Shown: positions 1 to 13,740, counted from the stretch's first letter. The stretch: 64,000 nt of DNA from Candidatus Poribacteria bacterium (GCA_963663765.2 CAXXUA010000004.1:1-64000), one strand, 5' to 3'. Program-made: numbers and translations. The notes: generated by a model from the letters alone, not told the origin.

Positions 1-2
1 CA

Positions 3-1556
3 GACAATGCAACATACTGGCTATTAGTTGACACAACACCAGAAGCACGAGCACACAACCAAATGAATAAACTAAGTGGGGTAATAGCAAAAACAGGAAA
101 AGTCTCCAAAAAAAATATACAACACCTTGAAAATGACCAAGCAACAAAAGAAGAAATACAAGCTATACTCAACGAAATCGGTAACAAATCTGACACGATA
201 AACACAATCATTTTTCTCTTTCACGGAATAGTGTCAATATCAGAGACCGGTAAAGCAATGCATCTCGCAACACAATCCGATGATATAATTGAAGATACCG
301 TTCTAAACAAATGGTTCAAATCAACTGGAATTGAGCGCGCAATTGTGATCTTGGATGGATATGCACTTGAAGAAAACCTGGGAAAATACTATGCAAATAG
401 AGAAACACTCGGAAATGCCGCATTAAATCTTATACAACCCTTCAATGCTGCCGAACCAACAGGAAAAGACGCTTTTATACAAATCCTAACTGAGACTCTG
501 TCCGAAGAAACAACAGATACAGATGAAAATAGAAACATTAGTGTGCAAGAAATTGACCAGCAGATACAAAATAAAATTACCTTTGAAAACTCAGTTCTCG
601 TACCAACAGGAAATGTCAATGAAACAGTTCTAAAACTCACGCCAGCAATCAAAGTCACTTCTATACCAGACAGCGCACAAATTCTTATCAATGATGTTGA
701 GAGTGGTTTAACGCCAAAACGTTTTACTGAAAACTTAACAACTGGCACTACTAAAGTTGAAATCAAAAAAGACGGATTTATGAAACCAGAAGCAAAAACA
801 GCAGAATTGAAACTCACTCAAGGTGAGTTCGTAAATCTATCATGGAAACTAACACCCATCTCAATTATCGGTACTGTTACTGCCCCCGAAAAGATTTCTG
901 TAACTGGCGCAAGCATCTCTATTAACAATACGGACTATGTTCAACTCGTTGCAGAGGATGGCACTTATGCATTCCAAGACTGGAATCCAGCAGCAATGCT
1001 TATTCCGGGAACTGAATACACGCTTTATGCAATGCAAGGCGAATTCTATCAAGGTTCCGCTACTTTTACCTACAACGGCTACACCGCGATTGAACGAAAT
1101 ATTGAATTAGCCAAAATGACATGGTTTGAAATTACCGAACTGGAGTTCAAACGAAATGACCATCAAAAAGCCGTAGATGCATTCAAAAATGGGATACAGC
1201 AAACAACTGATTTTCCTCAGTTGTCACCCGATTTAACGGTGATGTTATACTCTCACTTTGCTGATGCTGTTGACCGTTCCGAAATACAAGACGCCAATTT
1301 TATTGTCGCAACAGCAAAATTAGCCGAAGCATATCAACAACCCAAACTCGCGAAAAAATACTGGAACCTCGTAAAAAATACTGCCGAAAAAGGAACTGAC
1401 GCAAACAAATTAGCGCGAAAACATCTGTGGCAACTCAACAAAACACGCAATATCATAAATATCTGTGTTATCTCACTGTTGATCATCGTCGCAGCTTCAG
1501 CAACATACACATTCTATAGATACAGAAAAGCAAAACAAATACAAACATACGAATAA
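3..1556 (+). CDS. PEGA-domain membrane-anchored protein with a possible caspase-like N-terminal region (5' partial)
   Basis: Frame is open from the window start; PEGA-like segment VTSIPDSAQILIND...GLTP...KKDGF; helical TPR-like region; C-terminal TM helix followed by a basic tail. Confidence 0.6.
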   Translation, partial: DNATYWLLVDTTPEARAHNQMNKLSGVIAKTGKVSKKNIQHLENDQATKEEIQAILNEIGNKSDTINTIIFLFHGIVSISETGKAMHLATQSDDIIEDTVLNKWFKSTGIERAIVILDGYALEENLGKYYANRETLGNAALNLIQPFNAAEPTGKDAFIQILTETLSEETTDTDENRNISVQEIDQQIQNKITFENSVLVPTGNVNETVLKLTPAIKVTSIPDSAQILINDVESGLTPKRFTENLTTGTTKVEIKKDGFMKPEAKTAELKLTQGEFVNLSWKLTPISIIGTVTAPEKISVTGASISINNTDYVQLVAEDGTYAFQDWNPAAMLIPGTEYTLYAMQGEFYQGSATFTYNGYTAIERNIELAKMTWFEITELEFKRNDHQKAVDAFKNGIQQTTDFPQLSPDLTVMLYSHFADAVDRSEIQDANFIVATAKLAEAYQQPKLAKKYWNLVKNTAEKGTDANKLARKHLWQLNKTRNIINICVISLLIIVAASATYTFYRYRKAKQIQTYE

Positions 1557-1686
1557 ATAAATCATTAGAATATCTTGATTAATTATGACATTTTGTATAA
1601 AATCCTTCAATGAATGAAAAAATATTTGTATTTAAAAAACAATAACTTAATATAAAAACAATTTCACACACAAGGAGATAATCTTA

Positions 1687-2474
1687 ATGAAAACCGTTAT
1701 TTATGTGTTTGTTACATGTCTTATACTTTCTTTTGGTAGTGTGTTGTCATCACCTGCGGCAGTCAACGATGATGGATTGATCCTCTACTTTGGCTTTGAA
1801 AAAAAAATAATGAAATGGTTACCGATGAAACTGGTGGCGGCAATGACGGAGTACTTTCTGATGGAGCAACATTATCAGCCGAAGAATAAGCATTAGGTTC
1901 AAGATCATTGAAAATCCTCGATCAGAACGCGAGTTTTCAAGTCAACTCTTTCACAGAGTTAGCAGCATATCAAGATAATAGTTTCCTCTTTTGGGTCTAC
2001 TTCATTCAAGGTAGTAATGGTGATTGGAGTCAAATTATTGCAAAATATGCACCAGGTGTCAACCGCGCTCCCGGTATTTGGGTGCGACCTAACGAATTAG
2101 CAATCCACTACCGCTTTGAACCAGGAAATGTTGGACCTGAGCATGTCGGTCCAAATGGAAACAATACACAGTTTGAAACACAAAAATGGTACCACATAGC
2201 TGGTGTGAAAGAGGGCGCACAATTGACCTTTTATGTTGATTGCGTTTCAAAAGGACAATATAATGTCCCAGTTTCTCATACACAAGGTGCTGACAAACTG
2301 TATGTCGGAAAAAGTCCTAACTATAGAGCAGCCACCTTCTATTTTGATGAGTTATACATTTACAACAGATCACTCAGTGCAAATGAAGTCACACAAATTA
2401 AGGAAGGGCAGCTACTCCCAGTTGAACCGAAAGATAAGCTAACAACCACATGGGGAAAACTCAAGACAAGATAA
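1687..2474 (+). pseudogene. LamG-like jellyroll secreted protein, disrupted by a frameshift and a nonsense codon
   Basis: Signal peptide and DDGLILYFGFE in one frame; after the A9 run (1799-1807) the other frame reads NNEMVTDETGGGNDG, then TAA at 1887-1889, then LamG motifs KWYHIAGV and FDELYIYNRSLS and the tail VEPKDKLTTTWGKLK; RBS AGGAG upstream. Confidence 0.8.
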
Positions 2475-2559
2475 ATTTCAAAACCATACTGTATCTCATA
2501 AACCATCGTAGTGTAGGATCTCTGTAAACCACCGCGCATCGGAAAGAGGAAAAATTAGA

Positions 2560-3348
2560 ATGAAAAAAGGAATATGTATTGGGTCCATACCCGGTAACTC
2601 AACTGAAGCACGTTTCAAAAACGCAAAAAATGCTGGTTTTGATGGCGTTGAAATCGGTCCATTAAATACCGAACAAGAACGCATTGATATAAGAAAACTT
2701 GCATCTGAAAACGGAATTGAACTCTGTAGCGTGATGAACGGTAAACACTGGTCGCATCCCCTATCAGACGCAGACCCAGCAGTCCGAGAAATATCACATC
2801 ACGCAATGCTAAATTCTCTGGCAACCGCAGAAACAATCGGTGCTGACACAGTACTACTCGTTTCAGCTGTCGTCAATAACAAAACAACCTATGAACAAGC
2901 ATATCAACGCTCTCAAGAAGAAATAAAGAAACTTATTCCAACTGCAAAAGAGAAAAACCTTACTATAGCAATAGAAAATGTTTGGAATAAGTTCTTATTA
3001 AGTCCAATTGAATTTGCACAATACATTGATGAATTTCAAAGTGACGCAGTTACTGCATATTTTGATGTAGGAAATATAGTCGCTTACGGATTCCCACAAC
3101 ATTGGATACGATCCCTCGGTCACAGAATCGCAAAGGTGCATGTAAAAGGCTTCAACGCAAACGAACACCGCTTCACCTATCTCATTGAAGATTGCACTAT
3201 CAATTGGAACGAAGTCATGACCGCACTTAACGATGTCGGATATGACGACTATATGACCGCCGAACTTCCTGTAGGAAAAGGTGACCCAGAAGGCACATTA
3301 CACCAAATTAGCGAAGATATGAGTAATATAATCGCTGGAAAGGTCTAA
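2560..3348 (+). CDS. sugar phosphate isomerase/epimerase (xylose-isomerase-like TIM barrel)
   Basis: AGFDGVE, IAIENVWNKFLLSP, YFDVGN, HVK and AE metal-binding motifs. Confidence 0.85.
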   Translation: MKKGICIGSIPGNSTEARFKNAKNAGFDGVEIGPLNTEQERIDIRKLASENGIELCSVMNGKHWSHPLSDADPAVREISHHAMLNSLATAETIGADTVLLVSAVVNNKTTYEQAYQRSQEEIKKLIPTAKEKNLTIAIENVWNKFLLSPIEFAQYIDEFQSDAVTAYFDVGNIVAYGFPQHWIRSLGHRIAKVHVKGFNANEHRFTYLIEDCTINWNEVMTALNDVGYDDYMTAELPVGKGDPEGTLHQISEDMSNIIAGKV

Positions 3349-3362
3349 AGTTCTGTATATCA

Positions 3363-4145
3363 ATGGAAATAATTATCCAAAATCCTCATCAACTTGCTAT
3401 TATCGCAGCAGGAATTATCAAAGATGCATTACTGAAAAAACCTAATCTCGTTTTAGGTTTAGCGACTGGTAGTTCACCAATAGGTTTGTATAAACACCTT
3501 ACACAGATGCACAAAATTGAAGGACTTGATTTTTCAAAAGTCACATCCTTCAATTTGGATGAATACGTAGGAATCCCCTGTGACCATCCACAGAGCTATC
3601 ACTCCTTCATGGCGAAACATTTTTTCAGCAAAGTCAACATTCCAAAAAAGAATCAACATATCCCACAGAACACTGTGATCAATCATGAATCTTTCTGTGC
3701 AATATATGAGGAGGAGATTAAAAAGGCTGGTGGGATAGATATACAAGTGCTCGGAATCGGCACTGACGGGCATATCGCATTTAATGAAGCAGGATCATCG
3801 CTTGCTTCAAGAACACGAACCGTTACGCTATCTGAAAGCACTCTTGACGCAAATGCTATCTATTTTGGCGGGGATTCCAACGCTGTTCCAGAAATGGCTA
3901 TTACGATGGGTATTGGAACAATCATGGAAGCGAAACAGTGTCTACTTTTAGCAACCGGGGCAGCAAAAGCAGACGCAATCGCAAAATCAATTGAAGGTCC
4001 ATTAACAGCATCGGTACCTGCATCTATTCTACAAATGCATCCAAATACAACATTCCTGATTGATGATACCGCATCTTCAAAACTGAAGGAGAGTGATTAC
4101 TACAAACGTTCCTATACAAACAAACAAAAACTAAATGCTCTATAA
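3363..4145 (+). CDS. nagB: glucosamine-6-phosphate deaminase
   Basis: LGLATGSSP, FNLDEYVG, GGIDIQVLGIGTDGHIAFNE, AITMGIGTI, PASILQMH. Confidence 0.95.
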   Translation: MEIIIQNPHQLAIIAAGIIKDALLKKPNLVLGLATGSSPIGLYKHLTQMHKIEGLDFSKVTSFNLDEYVGIPCDHPQSYHSFMAKHFFSKVNIPKKNQHIPQNTVINHESFCAIYEEEIKKAGGIDIQVLGIGTDGHIAFNEAGSSLASRTRTVTLSESTLDANAIYFGGDSNAVPEMAITMGIGTIMEAKQCLLLATGAAKADAIAKSIEGPLTASVPASILQMHPNTTFLIDDTASSKLKESDYYKRSYTNKQKLNAL

Positions 4146-4150
4146 TGCAC

Positions 4151-5578
4151 TTAATCCTCACACAGTCCGAATTCTTTTGCTTTACGCTGGATTGTACGAC
4201 GACTTAAACCAAGAATCTTCGCAGCTTTCGCTTTGTTATTCTCCGTATATTCCAAAGTAGCACGCAATACTTCTCGGCTAATCTCGTCAAACGTCATACC
4301 GACTTCAACATTAAGCTGCGTTCCATGATTATACGGATAATCGGGGTTGTGGAGGGTGGGCACTGAAGAAATCGTATTCTCCATACCATCAGTTATCTTT
4401 AAAATACGTTCGGGAAGGTCAGTGAGTTGTATCGTTTCTTGTGTTGACATAACGACAAGACCCTCAATGCAGTTTTTCAACTCACGCACATTACCAGGCC
4501 AGTTATATTTCATCAAAACGCGTACTGTTTCAGGTGTCAGAGTTCTTAAGGTTTTGCCGTTTTCTCTGCTAAATTCTTCAAGAAAATCTTTTACAAGGAG
4601 TGGAATATCTTCAACACGTTCTTTGAGTGTTGGTAAGTTGATAGAAACTACATTAAGCCTATCATATAAATCGGGAAGGAATTCGCCTTTACTGCACGCA
4701 GATTCTAAGTCATGGTTGGTAGCACAGATAATCCTTACCTTGACCTGAATTGTCTTACTTCCACCCACACGTTCAAATTCACGTTCTTCAAGCACTCGCA
4801 ATAAACGCGCTTGATTGGAAAGACTGAGTTGGGAAACTTCATCAAGAAACAACGTACCACCATGCGCAAGTTCAAATCTGCCTTTACGTTGATAATATGC
4901 ACCGCTGAAAGCACCCCGTTCATGACCAAACAACTCAGACTCCGCCAAATTCTCGTTAATCGCAGCACAATTGAACGCAATCAGATCACCTTGACGCAAA
5001 CTCCTATGATGAATAGCACGCGCAACAAGTTCTTTACCCGTACCACGAGCACCATAGATCATCACTGTCGCCTTTGTCGGAGCAACTTGAGTGATCATCT
5101 CACGAATCTGCATCATCTGACGGGATTTACCTGTCAACCTGCAGAGACCTTCTTTCTCATCTATTTGCGATCTCAGCTGCTTGTTCTCAAACGCCAATTG
5201 CTGATGCTGAAGTGTCTTTTGTAACAGCGCCTTCAGGTGGACAGGATTGACAGGTCTATATAGAAAATATGTGCCTTCATGAGCCAACATCGCTTTGATG
5301 CCAATATCAGTCTCTAAGACATTCGGGGCAGTGATAAAGATAACACCAACATCGGGGTTCTGACGACTTGCAGCCTTTAACAGCGCTAAACCATCAATAC
5401 GTTCCGCCTTTAATGGTGCAATCAATATATCCATCGGGAGATGCTCTATCCGATGAAAAGCCTGATACATATTCTCTGTAACAATAAGATTGAGTCCACC
5501 ACCATCAAGAGCTTGACAGATAATTTCCCGTTGTCGCGAATCTGTATCAACTATCAACACATTTTTTTGGATATTCAT
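4151..5578 (-). CDS. sigma-54-dependent Fis-family regulator (NtrC/AtoC-like) with an atypical receiver domain
   Basis: Receiver-like N-terminus, Walker A GARGTGKE, ESELFGHERGAFSGA, GGTLFLDEV, WPGNVREL, C-terminal Fis HTH. Confidence 0.9.
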   Translation of the reverse strand: MNIQKNVLIVDTDSRQREIICQALDGGGLNLIVTENMYQAFHRIEHLPMDILIAPLKAERIDGLALLKAASRQNPDVGVIFITAPNVLETDIGIKAMLAHEGTYFLYRPVNPVHLKALLQKTLQHQQLAFENKQLRSQIDEKEGLCRLTGKSRQMMQIREMITQVAPTKATVMIYGARGTGKELVARAIHHRSLRQGDLIAFNCAAINENLAESELFGHERGAFSGAYYQRKGRFELAHGGTLFLDEVSQLSLSNQARLLRVLEEREFERVGGSKTIQVKVRIICATNHDLESACSKGEFLPDLYDRLNVVSINLPTLKERVEDIPLLVKDFLEEFSRENGKTLRTLTPETVRVLMKYNWPGNVRELKNCIEGLVVMSTQETIQLTDLPERILKITDGMENTISSVPTLHNPDYPYNHGTQLNVEVGMTFDEISREVLRATLEYTENNKAKAAKILGLSRRTIQRKAKEFGLCED

Positions 5579-5741
5579 TTACTACTCGTTTTTTAATTGA
5601 ACTTATTCCTCATCTCAAAACACGAATTTTGTTTCGTCTATTTCGTTTTTTAAATTTACTTATACGATTATATCTAATGCAACCATCAATCGTCAACAAC
5701 AATATCAGTTTCAAGTTTGAATTAATTATACACTTAAGCAG

Positions 5742-5765
5742 GTAGGAGCGACCTCCCAGTCGCGA
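5742..5765 (+). repeat. solo GTAG-type REP (GTAGGAGCGACCTC family)
   Basis: GTAGGAGCGACCTCCCAGTCGCGA; same family at about 26068-26090, 28048-28089 and 48639-48713. Confidence 0.75.
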
Positions 5766-5863
5766 TTTTCTCAGGAAATAAGTAACATGTGTAAAACAAA
5801 ATAACCTTGAATTACCCAGTTTTTTATTGACTCAGAATCTCTCCTTGAGTATACTTATAGAAG

Positions 5864-5985
5864 CAGGACTTACGCAATAACGGTAGTCGTGCTTTGTAAG
5901 CGCGCTGGAAACCTATTAATATGCTGATAATTACATCATTTCCATCATAATTCTTGATTAAATCAAGAAAACTGCGTTAGTCCTG
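5864..5985 (+). mobile_element. MITE family A (TIR CAGGACTTACGCA, 5-bp TSD) carrying one REP
   Basis: Ends CAGGACTTACGCA ... TGCGTTAGTCCTG; flanking direct repeat AGAAG (5859-5863 and 5986-5990); reverse-complement homolog at 55260-55382. Confidence 0.9.
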
Positions 5986-6160
5986 AGAAGGTTTTTAGTT
6001 AGATACTACATGGTCTTATTATATCTCTGTTAGAATTGAATTGTTAATTTTCAACGTCTCCACATATTTATGGAAACCATGTTTTGAATAATTTTATTCT
6101 CACCACTGACATATTTACACATTCATCACACTACATAAAGGGACTATACCAAAGGGGGTA

Positions 6161-6787
6161 ATGTATATGAATGATGATTCAAAAACCTTGTATTTAATTG
6201 GTGGAGCAACTGCTATTCTTAGCGGACTCCTAATAGTCTTTTCATTTTTTTGGTTTAGACTAAGACCTGTGGATAACCATGCTGCTGTTCACGGAATCAG
6301 TGTGGTCATGCTAATTCTCTTAATACCAACGGTCCTTGCAACGACTTTACTACTTATAAAAGAACAGAAAACAGGCGCACTCTTAGGTGTAGGGTTTGCT
6401 ACACTTTGGATCGTTGTAGAACTCATCTCACATATATCACAAACAGCACCACTGAAAACTGTCTTGATGCTTATACAAGATGCTGCAACAAAGGAATTCG
6501 GTGACGGATTCAATCAGGTTTGGAAAGAATGGATTACTGCTTGTAAACTTCTTGGTGCATTCCTATTTTCTATTTCAGCACTATGTTACGGATTAACTTT
6601 ACGAAAATGGGGGAATTCAGCTTCCGCTTATCTTCTGATATTTGCTGGAATTGTTTTTGCGTTAACCTTCATACCATACGTAGATTTCAATTGGCATATT
6701 TTAGTTCGTGGACTTGCGTTCCTATTCTTAGGTGGCGTTCTTTTGAATGCCCCCACTGGGATCGCAGATGAGCAATGGGACGCATAA
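6161..6787 (+). CDS. hypothetical integral membrane protein
   Basis: 208-aa ORF with about six hydrophobic helices and an upstream G-rich RBS. Confidence 0.7.
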   Translation: MYMNDDSKTLYLIGGATAILSGLLIVFSFFWFRLRPVDNHAAVHGISVVMLILLIPTVLATTLLLIKEQKTGALLGVGFATLWIVVELISHISQTAPLKTVLMLIQDAATKEFGDGFNQVWKEWITACKLLGAFLFSISALCYGLTLRKWGNSASAYLLIFAGIVFALTFIPYVDFNWHILVRGLAFLFLGGVLLNAPTGIADEQWDA

Positions 6788-6795
6788 CTTTAAAC

Positions 6796-6828
6796 TGAGT
6801 AGACGCGAATAAAACCAGCGTCTACTCA
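6796..6828. terminator. hairpin between convergent genes, probable bidirectional terminator
   Basis: TGAGTAGACGC-11 nt-GCGTCTACTCA, perfect 11-bp stem. Confidence 0.6.
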
Positions 6829-6867
6829 ATCATCTTAATCTATATGCATTCAATCATAGTACATACG

Positions 6868-7671
6868 CTATTCTCTATTGTTTTCTGGTGTGTCAACCTC
6901 GTTCAATAGACGTTCTAACTCCTCTAAGAGATCAGTGTCCTCTTGTTCATTATCTATCTCGTCTACAGCTTCGCTGTCTTCTGTACCGAGTGCTTGCAAA
7001 TCAGACCGAAACTCAATCAGGTTGCTTAGGTAGCGTTCTCGAGTGATATTTTCTGCTTCACCGTGTTCTTCGCGTAAACATTCACCACAGAATTCTCCGA
7101 TGTGTTGAATGCCTTTGTCAACATGCTGTATAGCCGCATCAGGATCGTCCTCCTGTAGACAAAGTTCGGCTTTTGCAATGCTATTCATCATCAGCATGTA
7201 TCCTTTATATTGATAGCTTCTCCAAGCGATTTCGGACGGTGCGTATTCGCGTGCCATATTGGTAACCGTCAGGTTGATGTCTGTATCACGACGTACGTCT
7301 TCCCATCGCTTAATACCAGCAAATAGGAGGTATCTCGAATACCGATGGAAAGACTCCTCAAACAAGGTGTCCCACTCCTCTTCGGTCAATTCAAAACCAT
7401 CAAGCGTACCGTTGTCTTTTGCATGTTCTTCATACTTACCACGAATATAATCGTAGTAAGAATCCAGACCGTGTGGACGCGCACCATCCGGGCGACCTGT
7501 AGCATAGATGCGGGAGACAGTGAATGCATTCGGTTGAACTACAACAACTTCTCTACCGTCTTCAATCGTCAATATACGCACAGGATGGTCCTCATCAAGG
7601 TTTATGACTTGGAGTATCCTATCAAGGGCTTGAACCCAACGTGTATTTCTTTGTATTGTATCGTTGGACAT
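6868..7671 (-). CDS. conserved hypothetical protein resembling the N-terminal part of planctomycete UvrB/UvrC-motif proteins
   Basis: VRILTIEDGRE, GRPDGARPHG and VRRDT motifs recognised from recall; acidic C-terminus without an obvious UVR motif; directly downstream of carB. Confidence 0.5.
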   Translation of the reverse strand: MSNDTIQRNTRWVQALDRILQVINLDEDHPVRILTIEDGREVVVVQPNAFTVSRIYATGRPDGARPHGLDSYYDYIRGKYEEHAKDNGTLDGFELTEEEWDTLFEESFHRYSRYLLFAGIKRWEDVRRDTDINLTVTNMAREYAPSEIAWRSYQYKGYMLMMNSIAKAELCLQEDDPDAAIQHVDKGIQHIGEFCGECLREEHGEAENITRERYLSNLIEFRSDLQALGTEDSEAVDEIDNEQEDTDLLEELERLLNEVDTPENNRE

Positions 7672-7683
7672 GGTTTTTTACCT

Positions 7684-10917
<3,234 letters not shown>

Positions 10918-10975
10918 TTTATTTTTTCTGTTTTGCGAGTGTTAGAAAAAAGTAATGATTTTTGATTCCTATCAA

Positions 10976-12115
10976 TTATTGGTGTTCGTCCATAAGTTTA
11001 ATAAATCTTGAAAAAAGGTAGCTTGCGTCATGCGGTCCGGGTGATGCTTCTGGATGATACTGGACAGAAAAAGCAGGATACTCTCGGTGCTGTATGCCTT
11101 CAAGTGTGTCGTCATTCAAATTAATATGGGTAATGTCAACGGAGTTCGGGAGTGAATCGATATCAACACAGAAACCGTGATTCTGAGCTGTAATTTCTAC
11201 TTGGTCGTTTTCTAATTGTTTTACCGGTTGGTTTGCACCACGATGTCCAAACTTCAGTTTATATGTTTTTCCACCGAGTGCGAGACCGAAAAGCTGATGT
11301 CCCAAACAGATACCGAAAAGTGGTTTTTTTCCTAATAACTTCTGTATTGTAGTAATTGCATATTCAAGTGGTTCTGGGTCACCAGGTCCGTTGGATAGGA
11401 AAACACCGTCAGGTTCGGCAGCAAGTATCTCTTCAGCAGTGGTTGTTGCTGGAACAACTTGAACATCACAACCGTGTTCAGTTAGTTGACGCAAAATGTT
11501 AAACTTGATACCGAAATCCATCGCTATGACACGGTATTTTTTGTTCACTGGTTTAGTAGTAATGTCAGACTCCATCGTAGTAGAACTTGATGGGTGTTGA
11601 TTCCAAGCATACGGGTCAGGACATGTGACACGTTGAACCAAATCCCAACCGATTAAACCGTGCCATGATTTTGCTTTCTCAACGAGAGTTGCAGCATCCA
11701 GATTGCCATCAGTGTCTTCTGTTGCAAGGCATCCGTTCATCACTCCGTGAACGCGGAGTCGACGGGTTAGAGCACGCGTATCAATGTTCTGAATACCGAT
11801 GATGTTGTTTTCTGCTAAATAGGTGTCCAAACTCCATTTTGATCGCCAATTGCTATGATATGCGCTGTATTCACGTACAACAAAACCCTCTACCTGAGGG
11901 CCGATAGATTCAATGTCAATCTCGTTGCAGCCGTAATTACCGATTAAGGGATAGGTCATTGTTACAATCTGACCTTTATATGATGGGTCTGTGAGGACCT
12001 CCTGATACCCTGTCATGCTTGTATTAAAGACGACTTCACCGACATTTACACCTGTCGCTCCAAATTGTTGTCCTTCAAAAACGGTTCCGTCAGATAATGC
12101 AAGAATTGCTTTCAT
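10976..12115 (-). CDS. carA: carbamoyl-phosphate synthase small subunit
   Basis: GEVVFNTSMTGYQE, SNGPGDP, GICLGHQ, QYHPEASPGPHD. Confidence 0.99.
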   Translation of the reverse strand: MKAILALSDGTVFEGQQFGATGVNVGEVVFNTSMTGYQEVLTDPSYKGQIVTMTYPLIGNYGCNEIDIESIGPQVEGFVVREYSAYHSNWRSKWSLDTYLAENNIIGIQNIDTRALTRRLRVHGVMNGCLATEDTDGNLDAATLVEKAKSWHGLIGWDLVQRVTCPDPYAWNQHPSSSTTMESDITTKPVNKKYRVIAMDFGIKFNILRQLTEHGCDVQVVPATTTAEEILAAEPDGVFLSNGPGDPEPLEYAITTIQKLLGKKPLFGICLGHQLFGLALGGKTYKLKFGHRGANQPVKQLENDQVEITAQNHGFCVDIDSLPNSVDITHINLNDDTLEGIQHREYPAFSVQYHPEASPGPHDASYLFSRFIKLMDEHQ

Positions 12116-12143
12116 ATCAACCTTTGAGTAAGGGGTAATCTAA

Positions 12144-12429
12144 TACCATTTCTATAATTTGTTGTTACATTGGTCTGTTATCATGATAGTCGTTCTTTAG
12201 GACACAAACTGAAAGAAGATTAAAAATTGCTTTGGGTAATTCCCCTAATCCAGCCACGGCAGGCGTGCTTTGTAAGCGCGCTGTGTGTGGGGTTGACATA
12301 CCAGCGCGCTTACAAAGCACCAAATCAAGAAATCAACGGTATGAATGCCTTTAGGCATTCCCCTGGTATGAATGCTGTTTAGGCATTCCCCGCCTACCGT
12401 TGGGTGCGTAAGTCCTGTTAGAAATGGTA
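12144..12429. mobile_element. MITE family C (TIR TACC..., TAA TSD), composite, inserted in the pyrC stop codon
   Basis: Perfect 11-bp TIR TACCATTTCTA/TAGAAATGGTA; TAA at 12141-12143 and 12430-12432; contains a REP doublet, a hairpin insert and a family-A end (TGCGTAAGTCCTG). Confidence 0.85.
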
Positions 12430-13715
12430 TAACATGTAATACCATCTTTTATAGTCATTACTGGCCAACCTTTTAATTGCCAATCAGCAAAAGGAGAATT
12501 TCGACTTTTTGAAAACGATTTTTCCACATCATACTTTGCTGTCATTTTTGTATCAATCAATGTGACGTCTGCTACTGCGCCGATAGAAAGTGTCCCGCGA
12601 TCAATACCGGTAATTTCCGCTGGGATGCATGTCAATTTTGCTATTGCTTCTTTCAACGTTAGATGTCCAGCATCAACCAGGTGTGTGAGGACAAGAGGCA
12701 GACAAGTTTCAAGTCCGATAATCCCATTTGGTGCGTCCTTCAAACCGAGAGCTTTTTCTGATGGGGTATGCGGTGCATGGTCTGTTGCAATAGCATCTAT
12801 TGTACCGTCTTTCAGTCCTTCCAAGATAGCATCAATGTCTCGTTGAGTACGTAAAGGTGGATGCATTTTTGCATTTGTTCCCTGTTTTTCTACCTCTTCG
12901 TCTGTCAGGATCCAATGATGTGGACACACTTCTGCGGTGACGTTTACCCCTCGTTGTTTTCCAGATCGCACTAGATCAACTGCACCTGCTGTGCTGACAT
13001 GTAGAATATGTATGTGTCCTCCAGTCATTTCAGCGAGCATGATGTCGCGTGCGACAATGATGTCCTCAGCAGCATTTGGACTGCCAATGAGATTTAGTTT
13101 TCTTGATGTTTCACCGAGATTCATCACTGCTCCAGCGTTCAGGTTGTGTTCTTCACAATGAACCATTACTGGAAAATCGAGTTCTGCGCTTAATGTGAGT
13201 GCATCCCGCATGAGTGCTGAATTCATGACGGTTACACCATCGTCACTCACCCCGATAGCATTAGCATTGAGCATACCTTGAATATTTGTTAGTTCCTCAC
13301 CGGCGAGGTTTTTTGTAATACTGCCAACTGGATAGACATTCGTTTTAGGAGCAGCATGCTTTTCGGAATTACCTTTTGCTATGTTACATAAGTTTTTGAC
13401 ATTCTCAGGTGAGTCTGTTACCGGTGATGTATTTGCCATACAGACTACTGATGTGAAACCTCCAGCTGCTGCAGCTGCTGTTCCTGTTGCAATTGTCTCC
13501 TTATGTTCAAAACCGGGTTCCCTTAGATGGACATGTATGTCTATTAGTCCGGGGGTAACCGCCAAACTTGTAGCATCAATCTTGTTGCTAACATCAGTCG
13601 TCAAGTTTCTTCCGATCTGAGCGATTTTACCATCAATGATTAGAAGGTCGCCTACTTCGTCAACACTGTTAGCGGGATCAATGATATGTCCATTTTGGAT
13701 TAACACACTGTCCAT
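12351..13715 (-). CDS. pyrC: dihydroorotase (last 26 aa contributed by the inserted MITE)
   Basis: PGLIDIHVHLREPG, EVCPHH, IATDHAPH; position in the pyr operon. Confidence 0.95.
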   Translation of the reverse strand: MDSVLIQNGHIIDPANSVDEVGDLLIIDGKIAQIGRNLTTDVSNKIDATSLAVTPGLIDIHVHLREPGFEHKETIATGTAAAAAGGFTSVVCMANTSPVTDSPENVKNLCNIAKGNSEKHAAPKTNVYPVGSITKNLAGEELTNIQGMLNANAIGVSDDGVTVMNSALMRDALTLSAELDFPVMVHCEEHNLNAGAVMNLGETSRKLNLIGSPNAAEDIIVARDIMLAEMTGGHIHILHVSTAGAVDLVRSGKQRGVNVTAEVCPHHWILTDEEVEKQGTNAKMHPPLRTQRDIDAILEGLKDGTIDAIATDHAPHTPSEKALGLKDAPNGIIGLETCLPLVLTHLVDAGHLTLKEAIAKLTCIPAEITGIDRGTLSIGAVADVTLIDTKMTAKYDVEKSFSKSRNSPFADWQLKGWPVMTIKDGITCYTISNRTYAPNGRRGMPKQHSYQGNA

Positions 13716-13740
13716 TTTATTGACACTTTCCTATTAGGTG

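Noticed and set aside
1799-1807. Phase-variable or programmed-frameshift A9 tract
   Set aside because: An in-frame stop at 1887 would still truncate the product
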